Below are positions 28,527 to 41,919 of a DNA stretch of 64,000 bases, piece after piece. The DNA is from the human T2T-CHM13v2.0 reference genome, Homo sapiens. The notes under the pieces are model-generated. The model was not told the origin of the DNA. It saw nothing but the letters and a program-made list of their open reading frames with translations, and did no database searches. The stretch lies in the NCBI RefSeq assembly GCF_009914755.1, contig NC_060929.1, one strand, 5' to 3'. The number at the start of each line of letters is the position of its first letter. The stretch's first letter is position 1. Position numbers and translations under genes: made by a program.

Positions 28527-30827
28527 TCATATGGCTTGGCTGTGTCCCCACCCAAATCTCATCTTGAATTGTAGCCCTCATAATTCCTGTGCATTGTGAG
28601 AGTGACCCAGTGGGAGATAATTGAACCATGGGGGCAGTTTCCTCCATACTCTACTCATGGTAGTGAATAAGTCTCACAAGATCTGGTGTTTTTATAAGGG
28701 GAAAGCCCTTTCACTTGGCTCTCATTCTCTCTCTTCCCTGCTGCCAATGTAAGATGTGACTTGCTTCTCCTTGCCTTCTGTCATGATTGTGAGGCCTCCT
28801 CAGCCACATGGAACTCTAAGTCCATTAAAGCTCTTTTTCTTTATTAATGACCCAGACTTGGGCATATTTTTATTAGCAGCATGAAAATGGACAAATACAG
28901 TAAATTGGTCCTGGGAGTGGGGCGCTGCTGTAAAGATACCAAAAAATGTGGAAGCAACTTTGGAACGGGGTAACAGGAAGAGTTTGGAACAGGCTGGAGG
29001 GCTTCGAAGAAGACGGGAAAATGTGGGAAAGTTTGGAACTTCCTAGAGACTTGTTGAATGGCTTTGAGTAAAATGCTGATCATGATGTAGACAATGAAAT
29101 CCAAACTGAGGTGGTCTCAGATGGAGATGAGAAACTTGTTGGGAACCACAGTAAAAGTGTCTCTTCTTATGTTTTAGCAAAGAGGCCAATGGCATTTTGC
29201 CCCAGACCTAGAGATCTGTAGAACTTTTAACTTGAGATGATTTAGGGTATTTGGTGGAAGAAATTTCTAAGCAGCAAAGCAATCAAGAGGTGACTTGAGT
29301 GCTGATAAAAGTTTCAGTTTTAAAAGAGAAACAGAGCATAAAAGTTTGGAAAATTTTTAGCCTGACAATGTGATAGAAAAGCAAAACCCATTTTTTGAGG
29401 AGGAATTTAAGCCAGCTGCAGAAATTTACATAAGTAATGAGGATCCAAATGTTAGTCACCAAGACTATGGGGAAAATGTCTCCAGGGCACGTCAGAGAAC
29501 TTTACAGCAACCCCTCCCATCACAGGTGAAGAGGCCTAGGAGGAAAAAAATTGTTTGATGGGCCCCTCTGCTGTGTGCAGCCGAGGAACTTGGTGCCCTG
29601 CATCCCAGCTGCTCTAGCCATGGCTAAAATAGGCAAAGGCACAGCTCAGGCTATTGCTTCAGAGGGTGCAAGCCCCAAGCCTTGGCAGTTTTCATGTGGT
29701 GTTGAGCCTGCAGGTGTACTGGAATCAAGAATTGAGGTTTGGGAACCTCCACCTAGATTTCAGAGGATGTATGGAAATGCCTGGATGTGCAGGCAAAAGT
29801 TTGCTGCAGGGGCAGGGCCTTCATGGAGAACTTCTGCTAGGGTAGTGCAGAAGGGAAATGTGGGGTTGAAGACCCCACAGAGAGTCCCCACTGGGGCACA
29901 GCCTAGTGGAGCTGTGAGAAGAGAGCCACCATCCTCTAGGCCTTAGAATGGTAGATCCACCTACAGCTTACACTGTGAACCTGGAAAAGCCACAGACACT
30001 TAATGGCAGCCCATGAATGGAGCTGGGAAGGAGGCTGTATCCTGCAAAGCCACTGGGGTGTAGCTGCTCAAGACCATGGGAACCCACCTCTCGTATCCGT
30101 GTGACCTGGATGTGAGATGTGGAGTGAAAGAGTATCATTTTGGAGCTTTAAGATCTGACTGCCCCCTCCCTGGATTTCAGACTTGCTTGGGGCATTTAGC
30201 CCCTTTGGCCCATTTCTCCCATTTGGAATGGGTGTATTTATCAAATACCTTTACCCCATTGTATCTAGGCAGTAACTAACTTGCTCTTGGTTTTACAGTC
30301 TAATAGGCCGAAGGGACTTGCCTTGTCATGGATGAGACTTTGGACTGTTGACTTTTGAGTTAATGCTGAAATGAAATAAGACATTGAAGGACTGTTGAGA
30401 AGGCATGACTGGTTGTGAAATGTGAGGACATGAGATTTGGGACAGGCCAGGGGCGAAATGATACAGTTTGGCTGTGTCCCCACCCAAATCTCATCTTGAG
30501 CTGTGGCTCCCATAATACTTGTTGTGGGAATGACCCAGTGGGAGATAATTGAAACGTTGAGGCGTTGCTCCCCATGATGTTCTCATGGTACTGAATAAGT
30601 CTCACAAGATCTGATGGTTTCCGAAAGAGGAAACCCGTTTCAGTTGGCTCTCATTCACTCTCTTCCCTGCCATCACGTAAGATGCGACTTGCTTCTCCTT
30701 GTCCTCTACCATGATTGTGAGGCCTCCTCAGCCACATGGAACTGTGAGTCCATTAAACCTCTTTTTCCTTATAAATTACCCAGTCTCTCATATGTCTTTA
30801 TTGGCAGTGTGAAAACGGACTAATACA
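28527..30827 (+). mobile_element. Full-length THE1 (THE1C-like) MaLR provirus: LTR 28527-28899, internal 28900-30458, LTR 30459-30827
   Basis: Two ~370-bp LTRs (t[g/c]ata..ggctgtgtccccacccaaatctcatcttga...aataca) flank a ~1.56-kb THE1-int, with a purine-rich tract before the 3' LTR. Confidence 0.95.
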
Positions 30828-31403
30828 TATACTTCAGTAATATTTTCTCATCGTTTGTTGCTATTATATGTAGAATTGATTATGTGTACTAACTTTGGAC
30901 CCATGTCCCTGTAAAATTAATTTGCTATTTGAGTAGATAGCTGTAGATTGCTTGGGATATTCTACATAGACAATCATATCTTCTGCAAAAAGCAAAGAAT
31001 TATTGTTATTTTTATTTTGCTAAATGTATACCTATAATTTAGTTCTTGCATTATTTAATCTGTTAGTAATATCAGTAAAATATTGAATAGAAGTGGTGAG
31101 AACAGAAATCCTTGCCTTTAACCAATTGATCATAGAGGGAAAGCATTTAGCTTTTCACTATTAATAATGCTGTGAGTTATAGCATTTACATAGATAATCT
31201 TTATTAGGTTGAGAAAGTTCTTTAATTCATAAACTCCTGACAAGTTTTATAATGAATAGGTATTGAATTTTGCCAAATACCTTTTCTGCACCCATTTAGG
31301 TGATCACATGGGTTTTCTCTTTTTCATCTCTTTTCTGAAGTTATACCTTCAGAGATTTTGTATTGTTGACCTAATCTTGCATAACTGAAGTCCATTTAGC
31401 TAT

Positions 31404-31973
31404 TATGTATTATCCTTTTGATATCTTCCAAGACTTGATTCACTAAATATTAAAAGAAGGTTTATGTGTGATAGTGTGATATACTTCTTAAAAATGTTTT
31501 TTTTGAAATGTCTTTATACAGTTTTAGTATCAGAAATGTGATAGCTTTATACAATGAATTGGGAAGCATATTGTCTCTTCTATTTATTTAAAGACAATCT
31601 GTAGATTAATTCTAATTTTTATTTTTATAATTCACCAGTAAATAATGTGAGGTGAAGTTCAAAGCCAGGTTTTTTATTACGGATTCAATTTCTATGCATT
31701 ACCTTTTTGATATCTTCCAAGACTTGTTTCATTAAATATTAAAATAAGGTTTATGTTTAACAGTGTGATATACTTAAAAAAATTTTTTTTGCAATGTCTT
31801 TGTACAGTTTTGGTATCAGAAGTGTGACAGCTTTCTACAATGAATTGGGAAGCATATTTTCCTTTTTATTTGTTGAAAGATAATCTGTAGATTGATTTTT
31901 ATTTTTGTAATACACCAGTGAAATAATGTGAGGTGAAGTTTGAAGGCAGGTTTTTGATTACAGATTCAATATC
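31404..31973. repeat. Old tandem duplication (2 x ~285 bp) within L1M
   Basis: 31404-31692 and 31693-31973 share collinear blocks (gatatcttccaagacttg, tacaatgaattgggaagcatatt, aaataatgtgaggtgaagtt). Confidence 0.92.
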
Positions 31974-32436
31974 CTTAACATGTAAAATTTAAACCAAACA
32001 TATTTGTTCATTTTGTTAACAAAGTAATTTACAAATATAACTGGTTAACACAAAATAATTTGTTTGGTGTCAGTTATGGACAACTGTTTATATTTGCCAT
32101 GTACAAGGGATTTGCTCATTTTGCCTATGTTAATTCTTATTCTTCTCAGAACTATGAATTATTTAAAAGTGTTTTTTAATTTCCAAATATTTTGGTTCTT
32201 TTCTGTTTTCTTGATATTTACATTTATTTTAATGTTGTGTCAGATAATACACTGTGTATGATTTCAATCTTTGTGGTCTGTGACCCAGAATATTGTCTGT
32301 CTTCGTGAATATTTCGTGGTCATTTGGAAGTAATTAGGTTTTTCTACTGTTTGGTGGATAAGTTTTCTGTAAATATAAAATAGATCAAGTTAGTAAATAA
32401 CATTCCCTAAATCCTCTACAACTCTACTGATTATCC

Positions 32437-32480
<44 letters not shown>
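32437..32480. repeat. (CTAT)11 / (GATA)n tetranucleotide STR
   Basis: Eleven perfect CTAT units. Confidence 0.97.
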
Positions 32481-32481
<1 letters not shown>

Positions 32482-34362
32482 ATCTCTATATCTATAAATA
32501 TACACATATTTGGTCTAACTGGTTCTATAATTACTCAGGGAGTGAAACTAATGTCTCTGATCCCAGTAGTATTGAAAATTTATTTATCCTTTTTATTTTC
32601 TCAGTTTTTGCTCCATGAATTTTGAAGCACTATTTTTAGGTCTGTATATGTTTAAGACGTTATGGGTTCCACATGAATTGATTCTTTTAGCATATGAAAT
32701 GCCCACTTTTATGTCAATGAAGATGAAAACTCTTTTTGTTAAAGTCCACTTTGTCTGATAACAATACAAGGTGTTTTATGCTTACTTTTTTATGGCATAC
32801 AATTTTCCATATTTTCAATTTCACCTATTTGAATCATCATATTTAAAGTATATCTCTTGGAACCGTATGTAGTTGAATGTTTTCTTATTATCTTGGCTGA
32901 ATGCATGATTTTCTCATATAATTTAAGTACAAATCCCATTTCAAATGTAGATATTGGAATGATATTTTATCAGATTATTAGCTATCATTGAATTGTTTAT
33001 GATACCCATTATGTCACAGAAATTGTTACTTACTTTGTAATATAATTAATGTTTTTTGTCAACTGTAAAATTTGTACTTTTTAGATTTTTGCTTTAGAAG
33101 ACGTTTGTCAATGAAAGATTACTAAAATAGCATATGTTTTTCTATTTGACCTATATGTTGCTTTGATATTTAAATTTTTATATTCATTTGAAGTATGCTT
33201 CATTTGTTGTCATATTTTCTCCAACTTTAATTTTTATAAACTCATTGGGTCAAGTATTATTCATATAATCTACTACAAAGGTAACTTCAGCCCCTTCTCA
33301 TTTGTTGGTAACACTTCCAACATGTACAAACTTCTTATATACAGAAAGGTGTTTTTAGTTTGTTTTTCTAAACTCTTAGTACCAATTATTGTTAGGCTTA
33401 TTTCAAGGAAAATATTTAAATGTTTTTAGTTGTATGCTATTACAGTGTGATTTATAGTGTGTTTCATTTGGGAAAAAACCAGTAATTTTTGAATTTTATG
33501 TGTTCACGTATTTATCATTAATTCATGAATTCCATTGAAATTCTACTGGAGAATTTGTTGTCTATAATACAGAACAAACTTTTCACTGTTAAATACACAT
33601 GATAATGTTATATAAAATTCAAAGAATCTTAATGATACAGGTGGTTTTTACATTTTTTGTTAGAAAGATCATGCAAAAAAAAAAAAACGCAAAAGTAATG
33701 TTTAAATCAAAATTCAGTGGGTTGATTTAATTCTCCCACTTATTCAAAGAACTTACCAAATCCAGATGGGAAAGATAACGCCAGTATATGCCAGAATAAA
33801 CAAATAAAAATCTGGAAGCCAAATTGAATAATTGGTTTTTACTTCAGCTCTACCAGCTGTCTGGAAACTGATAACTCCAGCCACCTGCCTCATTATAATC
33901 ACTACTATTCACAATTTGTACCAATATGTTAATGCAAAAGGGTTTTTATAAGACTACTTGTTTGGATTATTTTTAACTATCTTAAAGTATTTTTTGTTTA
34001 GTTGCCTTGATTGGCAATATACTGCAATTAAAACACCAAATAATATGTGCAAATATATCATTAATTCATCATTAAAATTTGAAAACATTGTATGATGATG
34101 TATTCTTTTACAAGGAGTATACATTAGGCAAGTAAAATACTAATTATTAATTAAAACATATTATGAAAAGCAGCATATGTTAAAATTGAGTGAACCAATA
34201 GATAATATCCATATTTATTTATTTCTATGTCTTTCTGAGTAATTGTACATAACTGAATTTAAATTAATCAGAAAAAGCTGCTACATTTCAGATATAAGAG
34301 TAATTTTCTAATGCCTTAATTTCAAATACTGTGCATCCGATTTGTTGGAACTGGTATAAATA

Positions 34363-34440
34363 TTAGGTTGGTGCAAAAGTAATTGCGGTTTTGCCATCGC
34401 TTTCAATGGCAAAACCGCGATTACATGTGCACCAAGCTAA
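34363..34440. mobile_element. MADE1 (Hsmar1-derived mariner MITE)
   Basis: ttaggttggtgcaaaagtaattgcggttttgccat...atggcaaaaccgcgattacatgtgcaccaagctaa; ~78-bp palindrome preceded by TA. Confidence 0.95.
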
Positions 34441-34552
34441 CAACAAATTTTGAAACATTTTAGGCTTGCAAAAGTAATGTTATACCATACATTTATATTT
34501 TACACAATATAAAACATACAAAATAAATTCATTTAGAAATATACTTAATTTG

Positions 34553-34894
<342 letters not shown>

Positions 34895-35172
34895 TCAATT
34901 CTATTACACTGTTCCAATGATATTTTTGCTATATCAGAATGAGTAACTGAAATCCATATGCAAGATGTTGTACCATTAAAATATTAAATGTAGTATATCT
35001 GTACATAATACATAGTTATATATTATACTATATATCATTATATATGTAGATGATATATTACATACCATGAATAATTATATATATATTTCTTAATGTGTTA
35101 AGCAATTTTCCAAAATACATTTTAAAGTCTTTGCATGAATATTCTACCAAAATTTTATTTTTTTAAATTGTG

Positions 35173-35339
35173 TTTATTTATTTATATATTTTGTGATGGG
35201 GTCTTGCTTTGTTGCCCACAATGAAGTGCTGTAGCATGATCATAGCTCACTGCAGCCTTGAACTCCTGGGCTAAAGCGATCCACCAACCTCACCCTCTGG
35301 AGTAGCTGCGATTATAGGCATAAGCCACCATGCTGGGCC
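35173..35339 (-). mobile_element. FRAM / AluJ right-arm monomer
   Basis: Single antisense monomer 'gatcatagctcactgcagccttgaactcctgggct..ccaccatgctgggcc'. Confidence 0.8.
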
Positions 35340-35673
35340 CTGATCAAATTTTAAATTATATTCTATACCTCACATTACTGACCCAATGTTAATATGCATT
35401 TATGTATTGGAACTCAGTGTATAAATAATTATAGTTTACTAGTCATTGCAGTAATTGATTTTGAGAATTATGCTCATTAACAATCAGTGGAGCTGTTTTT
35501 GAACTACTCCTTAGATTTTGGAATATGACTGCTTGTATTTGAATATCTGCCTCAGAATTTCTCCCATATGTGAATTAAGGCAAATAAGGGAAAAAAACTG
35601 GTGAAGCATCATTTTATCCTATTTAAAATAAGGACAACTAAATAATGATTGTCTTGAGAATAAAGAAAGTGAT

Positions 35674-36047
35674 TATTTTAGTCTGCTCACATGCTGCTAA
35701 TAAAGACATACTCAAGATGGGGTAATTTATAAAGGAAAGAGGCTTAATTGACTCACAGTTCCACATGGCTGAGGAGGCCTCACAATCACGGTTGAAGGTG
35801 AATGAGAAGCAAAGTCACATATTACATAGCAGCAGGCAAGACAGCGTGTGCAGGGGAACTCCCCTTTATAAACCCATCAGGTCTCCTGAGATTTATTCAC
35901 TCTCATGAGACCAGCACAGGAAAGAACCCCCCCACTCCCCCACCACGATTCAGTTATCTCCCACACGGTCCCTCCCATGACACGTGGGAATTATGGGAAC
36001 TACAATTCAAGATGAGATTTGGGTAGGGACACAGCCAAACCGTATCA
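35674..36047 (-). mobile_element. THE1B-like solo LTR
   Basis: Reverse-complement THE1 LTR ending 'gggacacagccaaaccgtatca'; perfect 5-bp TSD gtgat (35669-35673, 36048-36052). Confidence 0.93.
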
Positions 36048-36124
36048 GTGATCCTTGATAGTAAGTACTTAGAAAAATGATTCAAGCATAAATCAGACCT
36101 TTTTCAAGTTTTCTGTTACATTTA

Positions 36125-36460
36125 CAGTCATATGTTGTTGGACATTTTCTGAGAAATGTGTTGTTAGGTAATTTCAACACTGTGCAAACATCACAGTGTG
36201 TACATACACTAACCCAGATGTATAGCCTACTGCACACCTTGGCTGTGTTGTATAGCCTATTGTGTCTAGGCTACAAACCTGTACAGCATGTTACTGTACT
36301 GAATTCTATAAGTGATAAAACACATAGTAACTATCTGTGTATCTAAACATATCTAAACAGAGGAAAAGTACAGTAAAAATACACGATTATAATCTTATGA
36401 GAAGACCATCATATATGTGATCCATCATTGACTAAAATGTCATTACGAGGCACATGACTA
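36125..36460. mobile_element. Tigger3a/MER7-like TcMar-Tigger element
   Basis: ta|cagtcat...cacatgact ends; internal 'ctaggctacaaacctgtacagcatgttactgtactgaat' and 'gtacagtaaaaata..ttataatcttatg'. Confidence 0.85.
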
Positions 36461-38539
36461 TGACTATATTTTTTAAATTTTTGTGTGTTTGTTTTCTTCA
36501 CTGGTATATATTGTTATTGCAAGTCCTCTTATTGTGGCCTTTAGTTTGCATGAAGGGCTAATTAAATCAATATTGATTGACCACCTGAAATTCAGGACTT
36601 CATTATGGATCATGATTGTGCACCTCCTTAATGTTAATTTACATATAGCTGAGGGCAATGATTCTGATGGTGGGTGTGATTGTTTAATTTAAAATTGTTA
36701 CTTCATACATTAAATTGCATCCATCTTCTCTCATTCAAGAAAACTGGCTCTGGCACATCTGTCTTTACAGTTATAAGAGAAATCCTAAGAGGAGACTGAA
36801 AAATAAAATAGAAGAGAAAATAGTATTGACGAGAAAAAAAGCAGGTGCCAAGGGAGTGATAGGTTAGAGTACAGAAAAATTGTGTTCTTCACTTTTTCAA
36901 CAGATTGAATGAAGTTAGAACCATAAAGAGACAAAATAATTACATCATACTACACTCACTTGGTATTATCTTGAACTGTAAGTGCAGTCTCTAGGTTTCA
37001 TAGTGAATAAGTAAGCTATTTATTGTAGTGTGTCAGTAATACAAAGCCTTTAATTAAATAAGAATGCATTGTGTAATTGGAAATCTGATTGGTAGTCAGA
37101 GTTCTGATATTGGTAAGCCATGGGACAGTAATAATTTAGAGCCATATTGCTGTAAGAGATGGACTTATATTCTGGTCTCTCTCTCTCTGTCTCCCTCTCC
37201 CCACTCTCTCTGGCTACCTTCCTTCACACAAGTGAATACCACGGTATGTCCTCAGGAGTGTACCTTTCTGGGAAATTAATGCCTTTTTCTCTCCACTAAT
37301 CAAACTTCAGCTCTCTGGAACTTTTTCTGGAATCAACCTCTTCCCTTGGAGGTGAACGTGCTCTAACTGAGGTAGTGCCAGTGCTTACTCTTCCTTTCTC
37401 AGAGTCCCCAGTGTTGTAGTGTTGGCGTAGCCAAAATGTTTTCTAACTCTAGCCAGTCTGACTTGCTTTAAACTTGTTTCCAGAGAGAAAATAAGAATGA
37501 ATTAATAAAGGCCATTGGTGAAACTACAGCAACTCACATTTTAACACAGTAAATGACATTATCATTAAGTGGCATTTTTTTGTCAAGTAAGAAAAGGAAA
37601 TGCACTCTGGGACTTAGTAGTTGGTATGAAGTCAACCTAAGAAAAATGGGATTCGATGTCCTAATACTGAAGTGAGAATGAACAGAAATAATATTATTTC
37701 AACATTCTTCTTAATGATAGAGTTTCTTGACTGACTTCCAAGTTGAGATCAATGATACACATAAGCCCATTTATGTATTCAATCATGTATAATTATTATC
37801 TTCTCAGCAATTATCTCTACTTGTTCTATATGCATGATAATGTGTTGGCTGCATGAAATGTTCTAGACGTATGGTTTGCCTGTGGATAATTTTTATGTTA
37901 ATTCTGTTAAGCTACCACTCTAAGTTCCAATGTCTTAGAAGGATATTTTATTATTATTATTATTATTTTTTAACCTGGTTGTTTCTGTGATTATGGTTTT
38001 ATGGTTTGCACCTTTGGGAAAGCCTAAGGTTTACACATTTTTGAAAATACCATGTTGACCATGTGAGAGTTGGAGTAAAGCATTTTAACTAAAAGTTTCA
38101 GAGCAAAAGCAAGCTTCCAAATATTTTTCCTTTTCATATTGACATGACTTGCATTTAACCTTACGTTTTTTTTCTGTCTTGATTTTTAGATAACATCAAA
38201 TAGATACTTGTCACTCTAACTTTGAAGATGTGACTTAATTACTACTGCCAACATTTTATAATAAGCTTCAGGGAAAAAAGAATTCATTGTATTAATTTTT
38301 AAAACCTGTGATTTTTGAAAATGCAGATTTCTTGACTATTGGAAATTAACAGTATAACACATTTTAATAACTAATTTGAAATGCAAGATAATATAGAGAA
38401 AGCTGTTTTTTAAAAATTAAATTAATGTCACTTTTTTTTGTTTCTGTGAACAGATAAAATCAAACAGTGCATATAAACTCAGTGTTGTCCCATCGTAGAC
38501 ACAGACACTCATCAAACGCTCATTGATTAAATTGATGTT

Positions 38540-38983
38540 TGTAGCAAATTGGCGAGTGTCCACACACAAAATTCAAGTCCATACAGAGCCTCAGAATGTC
38601 ATCTTATTTAGAGAGAATCCTTGTAGATGTAGTTATGTTATAATGAGGTCATAGTGGATTAGGGTGGAACCTAAATTCAATGGCTGGTTTCCTTATAGGA
38701 AGAGGAGAAATGGCCATGTGACATACAGGAGAAAAGTCATGTGAAGACAAAGGCAGAGATCTCAGTGACTCACGTATCAGCCAAGAAATGTCAAGTCTTC
38801 CTGGCAACCATTAGAAGCTAGAAGTATGGGAAAAATTCTCCCTCAGAGCCTCTAGAAGAAACCAACCCCCAGAAAACTTTGATTTCAGACCTCTGGCTTC
38901 CAAACTATGAGAGAATAAATTTCTGCTGTGTTAAGTCTCCCAGTTTGTGTTACTTAGTAAGGGAGCCCTGGGCAACTGGAACA
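38540..38983 (+). mobile_element. MLT1C-like LTR
   Basis: 'cctcagaatgt..cttattt', 'gaggtcatagtggattagggtgg' and 'gatttcagacctctggcttccaaactatgagagaataaatttctg'. Confidence 0.85.
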
Positions 38984-40039
38984 ATTAGGCATCTGTCCAC
39001 GTAGTGCTTAGGCCTTAGAGCAGAAATAGGAGAATATACACACACACACAGTATCACCAAAAACAAGCTATCTCAAATATCAATATGCTATATGTAAATG
39101 AAGACAAAATAATTTCCAAGGATAGAACAATAAGGCTTGAGCTTGACACTTGGTTTGAATACTTCTTAAGGGATGATTGGGATTTGTGCGGAGGTAGATT
39201 AGAGAAAAATCCAAATTTAAACTAGAATGAGCAATAGCACAAATTATAAATGTGATTAACACATGCACGTTGTGCTTACAGCATATTATCTGGTTTAATG
39301 CAGAGACAATGAATGTCTCAGTGACATAATGAAGCTCTTATTTTTAAAAAGATTCTCTATTTTCATCTTCCTTTCACTCATATTAATATGTCTAAATTCC
39401 ATTCAGTGTTCGTGACTCAAATGACAACTTTTTGATTGTAGTACTTCCGGATTCTTTTATTCCTTCAGTTCAAATTAAGCTTCCTGACACTTTGATTCAG
39501 CCTGCTTTTCCATGTAAATACAATTTTATTATTTCTGTGTCATAGCGGTGTTGGGGTGTTTGTGTTCACACCAGTCTTCTGCTATTCAGCTTCAAATTTG
39601 CTGAAGTAGTTTCAGGCTTTTTTTTTTTTTTTTTTTGCTTTTCATTTATAATACAGCAAATTGTTTTACACAAAGGTGGTCCTTATTAAACATTTGCTGA
39701 AGTAAAAATATTATTTACATCTCTGTGTATACTTGTTTAAATTCACTGGCAGTTTTATGCCTCTGTGGCTTCAAAAACACTATAGACAGGTCTTTTAACT
39801 ACTTAGAGAAAAACTGATATAAAAGTACATTTGCAATTGAATGTTATCAGAAAAACAAGGTACAGGGTATATTGAAGTGAGATTATTTAAAGGGAATTTG
39901 CAGCAATTCATCTCTGCTATCAGGATATGTTGATTATGTGGTAAATATGGTTGTAGTATAATGTGCAGAGCCAGTTTTTTATTAAGCGGATGTATACATA
40001 GTGGACCAAATGTTTTCAGTTTTAACTAAGGCTCAATTT

Positions 40040-40100
40040 ACACTCACCATTCAAGAATCTCAGCTGAAGTTCTATGGAAAGATTCTTGAATGGTGAGTGT
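40040..40100. other. Perfect inverted repeat: 21-bp arms, 19-nt loop
   Basis: acactcaccattcaagaatct (40040-40060) is the exact reverse complement of agattcttgaatggtgagtgt (40080-40100). Confidence 0.97.
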
Positions 40101-41179
40101 GAAAAGAATGTAAGCAAATACAATAAACTGTAATATGTACTGGTGAAGTGTATACTGCCATAAATATTGTCTTTTATTCTATTAGGCTTTGCAAATCGGA
40201 ATGTTGTACATTAAAAATTTGAATTCAATAAAATGTCAGAAAAACAGGTGATTTTTAGTAAGTAACCATTTTTATTCGATATTGAGAAATAAACCTTTAC
40301 AACTTATAAAATAAGCACAAAAATAAGAAGCAGTTTTTAATAGTGTTTTGTAATACAGGCTATTCATTTCATAATGTATTTTCTTTAAAATAGTGTGCAG
40401 TTATACTGTATAGACTGTTCTTCCTTAATAATTAAGAAGAAACAAATATTTTTCACGCTTGCAACTATTATTATTACACAGTAATTAGTTGTTTACTTGA
40501 TGAATTAATTTTTCTTATTTTATAAAATGCCTTTGGACATTGTACAAATTTGGTTTTTATGAAATAAAATTACTTGTGTTTGAATAATTCATGTTAGAAA
40601 GTTTTTTCACATGAAATTAATTTTAATTTCAGCATGTCAAAGGAAAGAACGCAAAATAAAAATAATCGCTATTTGGTCCATTAATGATTTTATACTTATA
40701 GAATATTCAACATGTTTACTGCTCTTTGTGCTAAGAAAAGAAACTAAGTATATTCAACTTAAATATGTAAAATTACACGTCTGATTTTAAAATATGACAG
40801 TCTTTTTAAATAAAGTACTTTTTTAAATGACTGATGTGTATATGTATTTGTGTGAATTTAGAGCTTAACAATTGAAGGTTAGTTTTCTTTTCCATTATAA
40901 CATGTTTGCTATCAGTTATACAACCACAGTTTAATGGTTCAAATCACTCAAATGGTTCAAATACATTACTGAAATATATTTATATTTAATTTCATATTTG
41001 ATTATCAATTATGTTTTTATCTGAAAAACATGTTTAAATATTTCTCTAAATATAAACACAGCAAGCCAACTGTTTCTTCTATTCCTTCTCATTACTTTCA
41101 GAAAACATTAATTTCTTTACCGATTTTTTTGAGCAGATAATTTTTAAAAAAATTTTTGAAACATTGCTTTAACAATGAG

Positions 41180-41912
41180 CCTACAGATCAGCCAGAGGTG
41201 AAAACTTAGGATATTCTCAGTTCTTTACCTTTCTGAACTTACATTTTCCCCTGAGTATACATGTCACTTTCTCAGTGCCCCAGTGTACAGGTGGACTTTT
41301 GAATGCCCTAATTATGAACAAGCAAATTTCCTCTCAGCTTTACATTTCAGGCTATCGTGCTCTATACTTTGCTTCTACTTAAATATTTTGCCCCAAGGAA
41401 CAGGTGGTTGTTCATTTGCCTTTCAAGGAATTCTCACTACTCATTTGTTTCAAGTCAGTTCTGATTTATGCTAAACAGCACCTTGTGTCATACCTTCATA
41501 GGGCTCCCAGACAGGGAATGAGACAAATATGATTATTTGATGATAAATTTTGCTATGTTCCCTCAAGAACCAGGGACGAAGACCCTACACGGGTACCATA
41601 TGCTGCCATCTTTAAAAATCCTCGGACCCAGGGAGAGAGATAAGGTAAGCACGAGTAAAAATACCACAAACTTTGTTACCATTTTAAGTTGCCTTTTTAA
41701 AAATTCAGCATTTATTTTTTATTTTTTTAAATTATACTTTAAGTTCTGGGGTACACGTGCAGAACGTGCAGGTTTCAGCACTTAAATAATTGCTGTAAAC
41801 CTTTGACTATTTCCCTGACTTGACAAAATTGATTCTAATTGTTTTTGCTTGATTTTCAGTGTTGCTGTGAGTAGATGGATCCTTCGGCCTTCCTACTTCA
41901 CTATTTTCACTG
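41180..41912 (-). mobile_element. L1M 5'-region fragment
   Basis: 'agatcagccagaggtgaaaacttagg', 'gctgtaaacctttgactatttcc' and 'ccttcctacttcactattttcactga' resemble L1M 5'-end consensus. Confidence 0.6.
41715..41773 (-). mobile_element. Micro-L1PA insertion (terminal ~45 nt of 3'UTR plus tail)
   Basis: tttt..ttatactttaagttctggggtacacgtgcagaacgtgcaggt, flanked by TSD ttcagca(t/c)tta (41704-41714, 41774-41784). Confidence 0.88.
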
Positions 41913-41919
41913 ATTGCAC

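Larger units (their letters stand above)
27198..32900 (-). mobile_element. Ancient L1ME/L1MC-type LINE, fragmented; interrupted by AluJ and THE1
   Basis: 3'UTR-like 'atagaacatttatatcaccctagaaaattc'; antisense ORF2-like blocks such as 'ttaacaatactgagtctatcaattcatgaacat' and 'gaatagaagtggtgagaacaga..ccttgcct'. Confidence 0.7.

Noticed and set aside
29370-30279. Cluster of ORFs resembling an operon or viral gene
   Set aside because: This is degenerate THE1 internal sequence, fragmented over several frames; the same applies to 62099-63452 in MSTA-int.
28522-30832. TSD for the THE1 provirus
   Set aside because: The flanks gtatt / tatac do not match convincingly, so no TSD is claimed.
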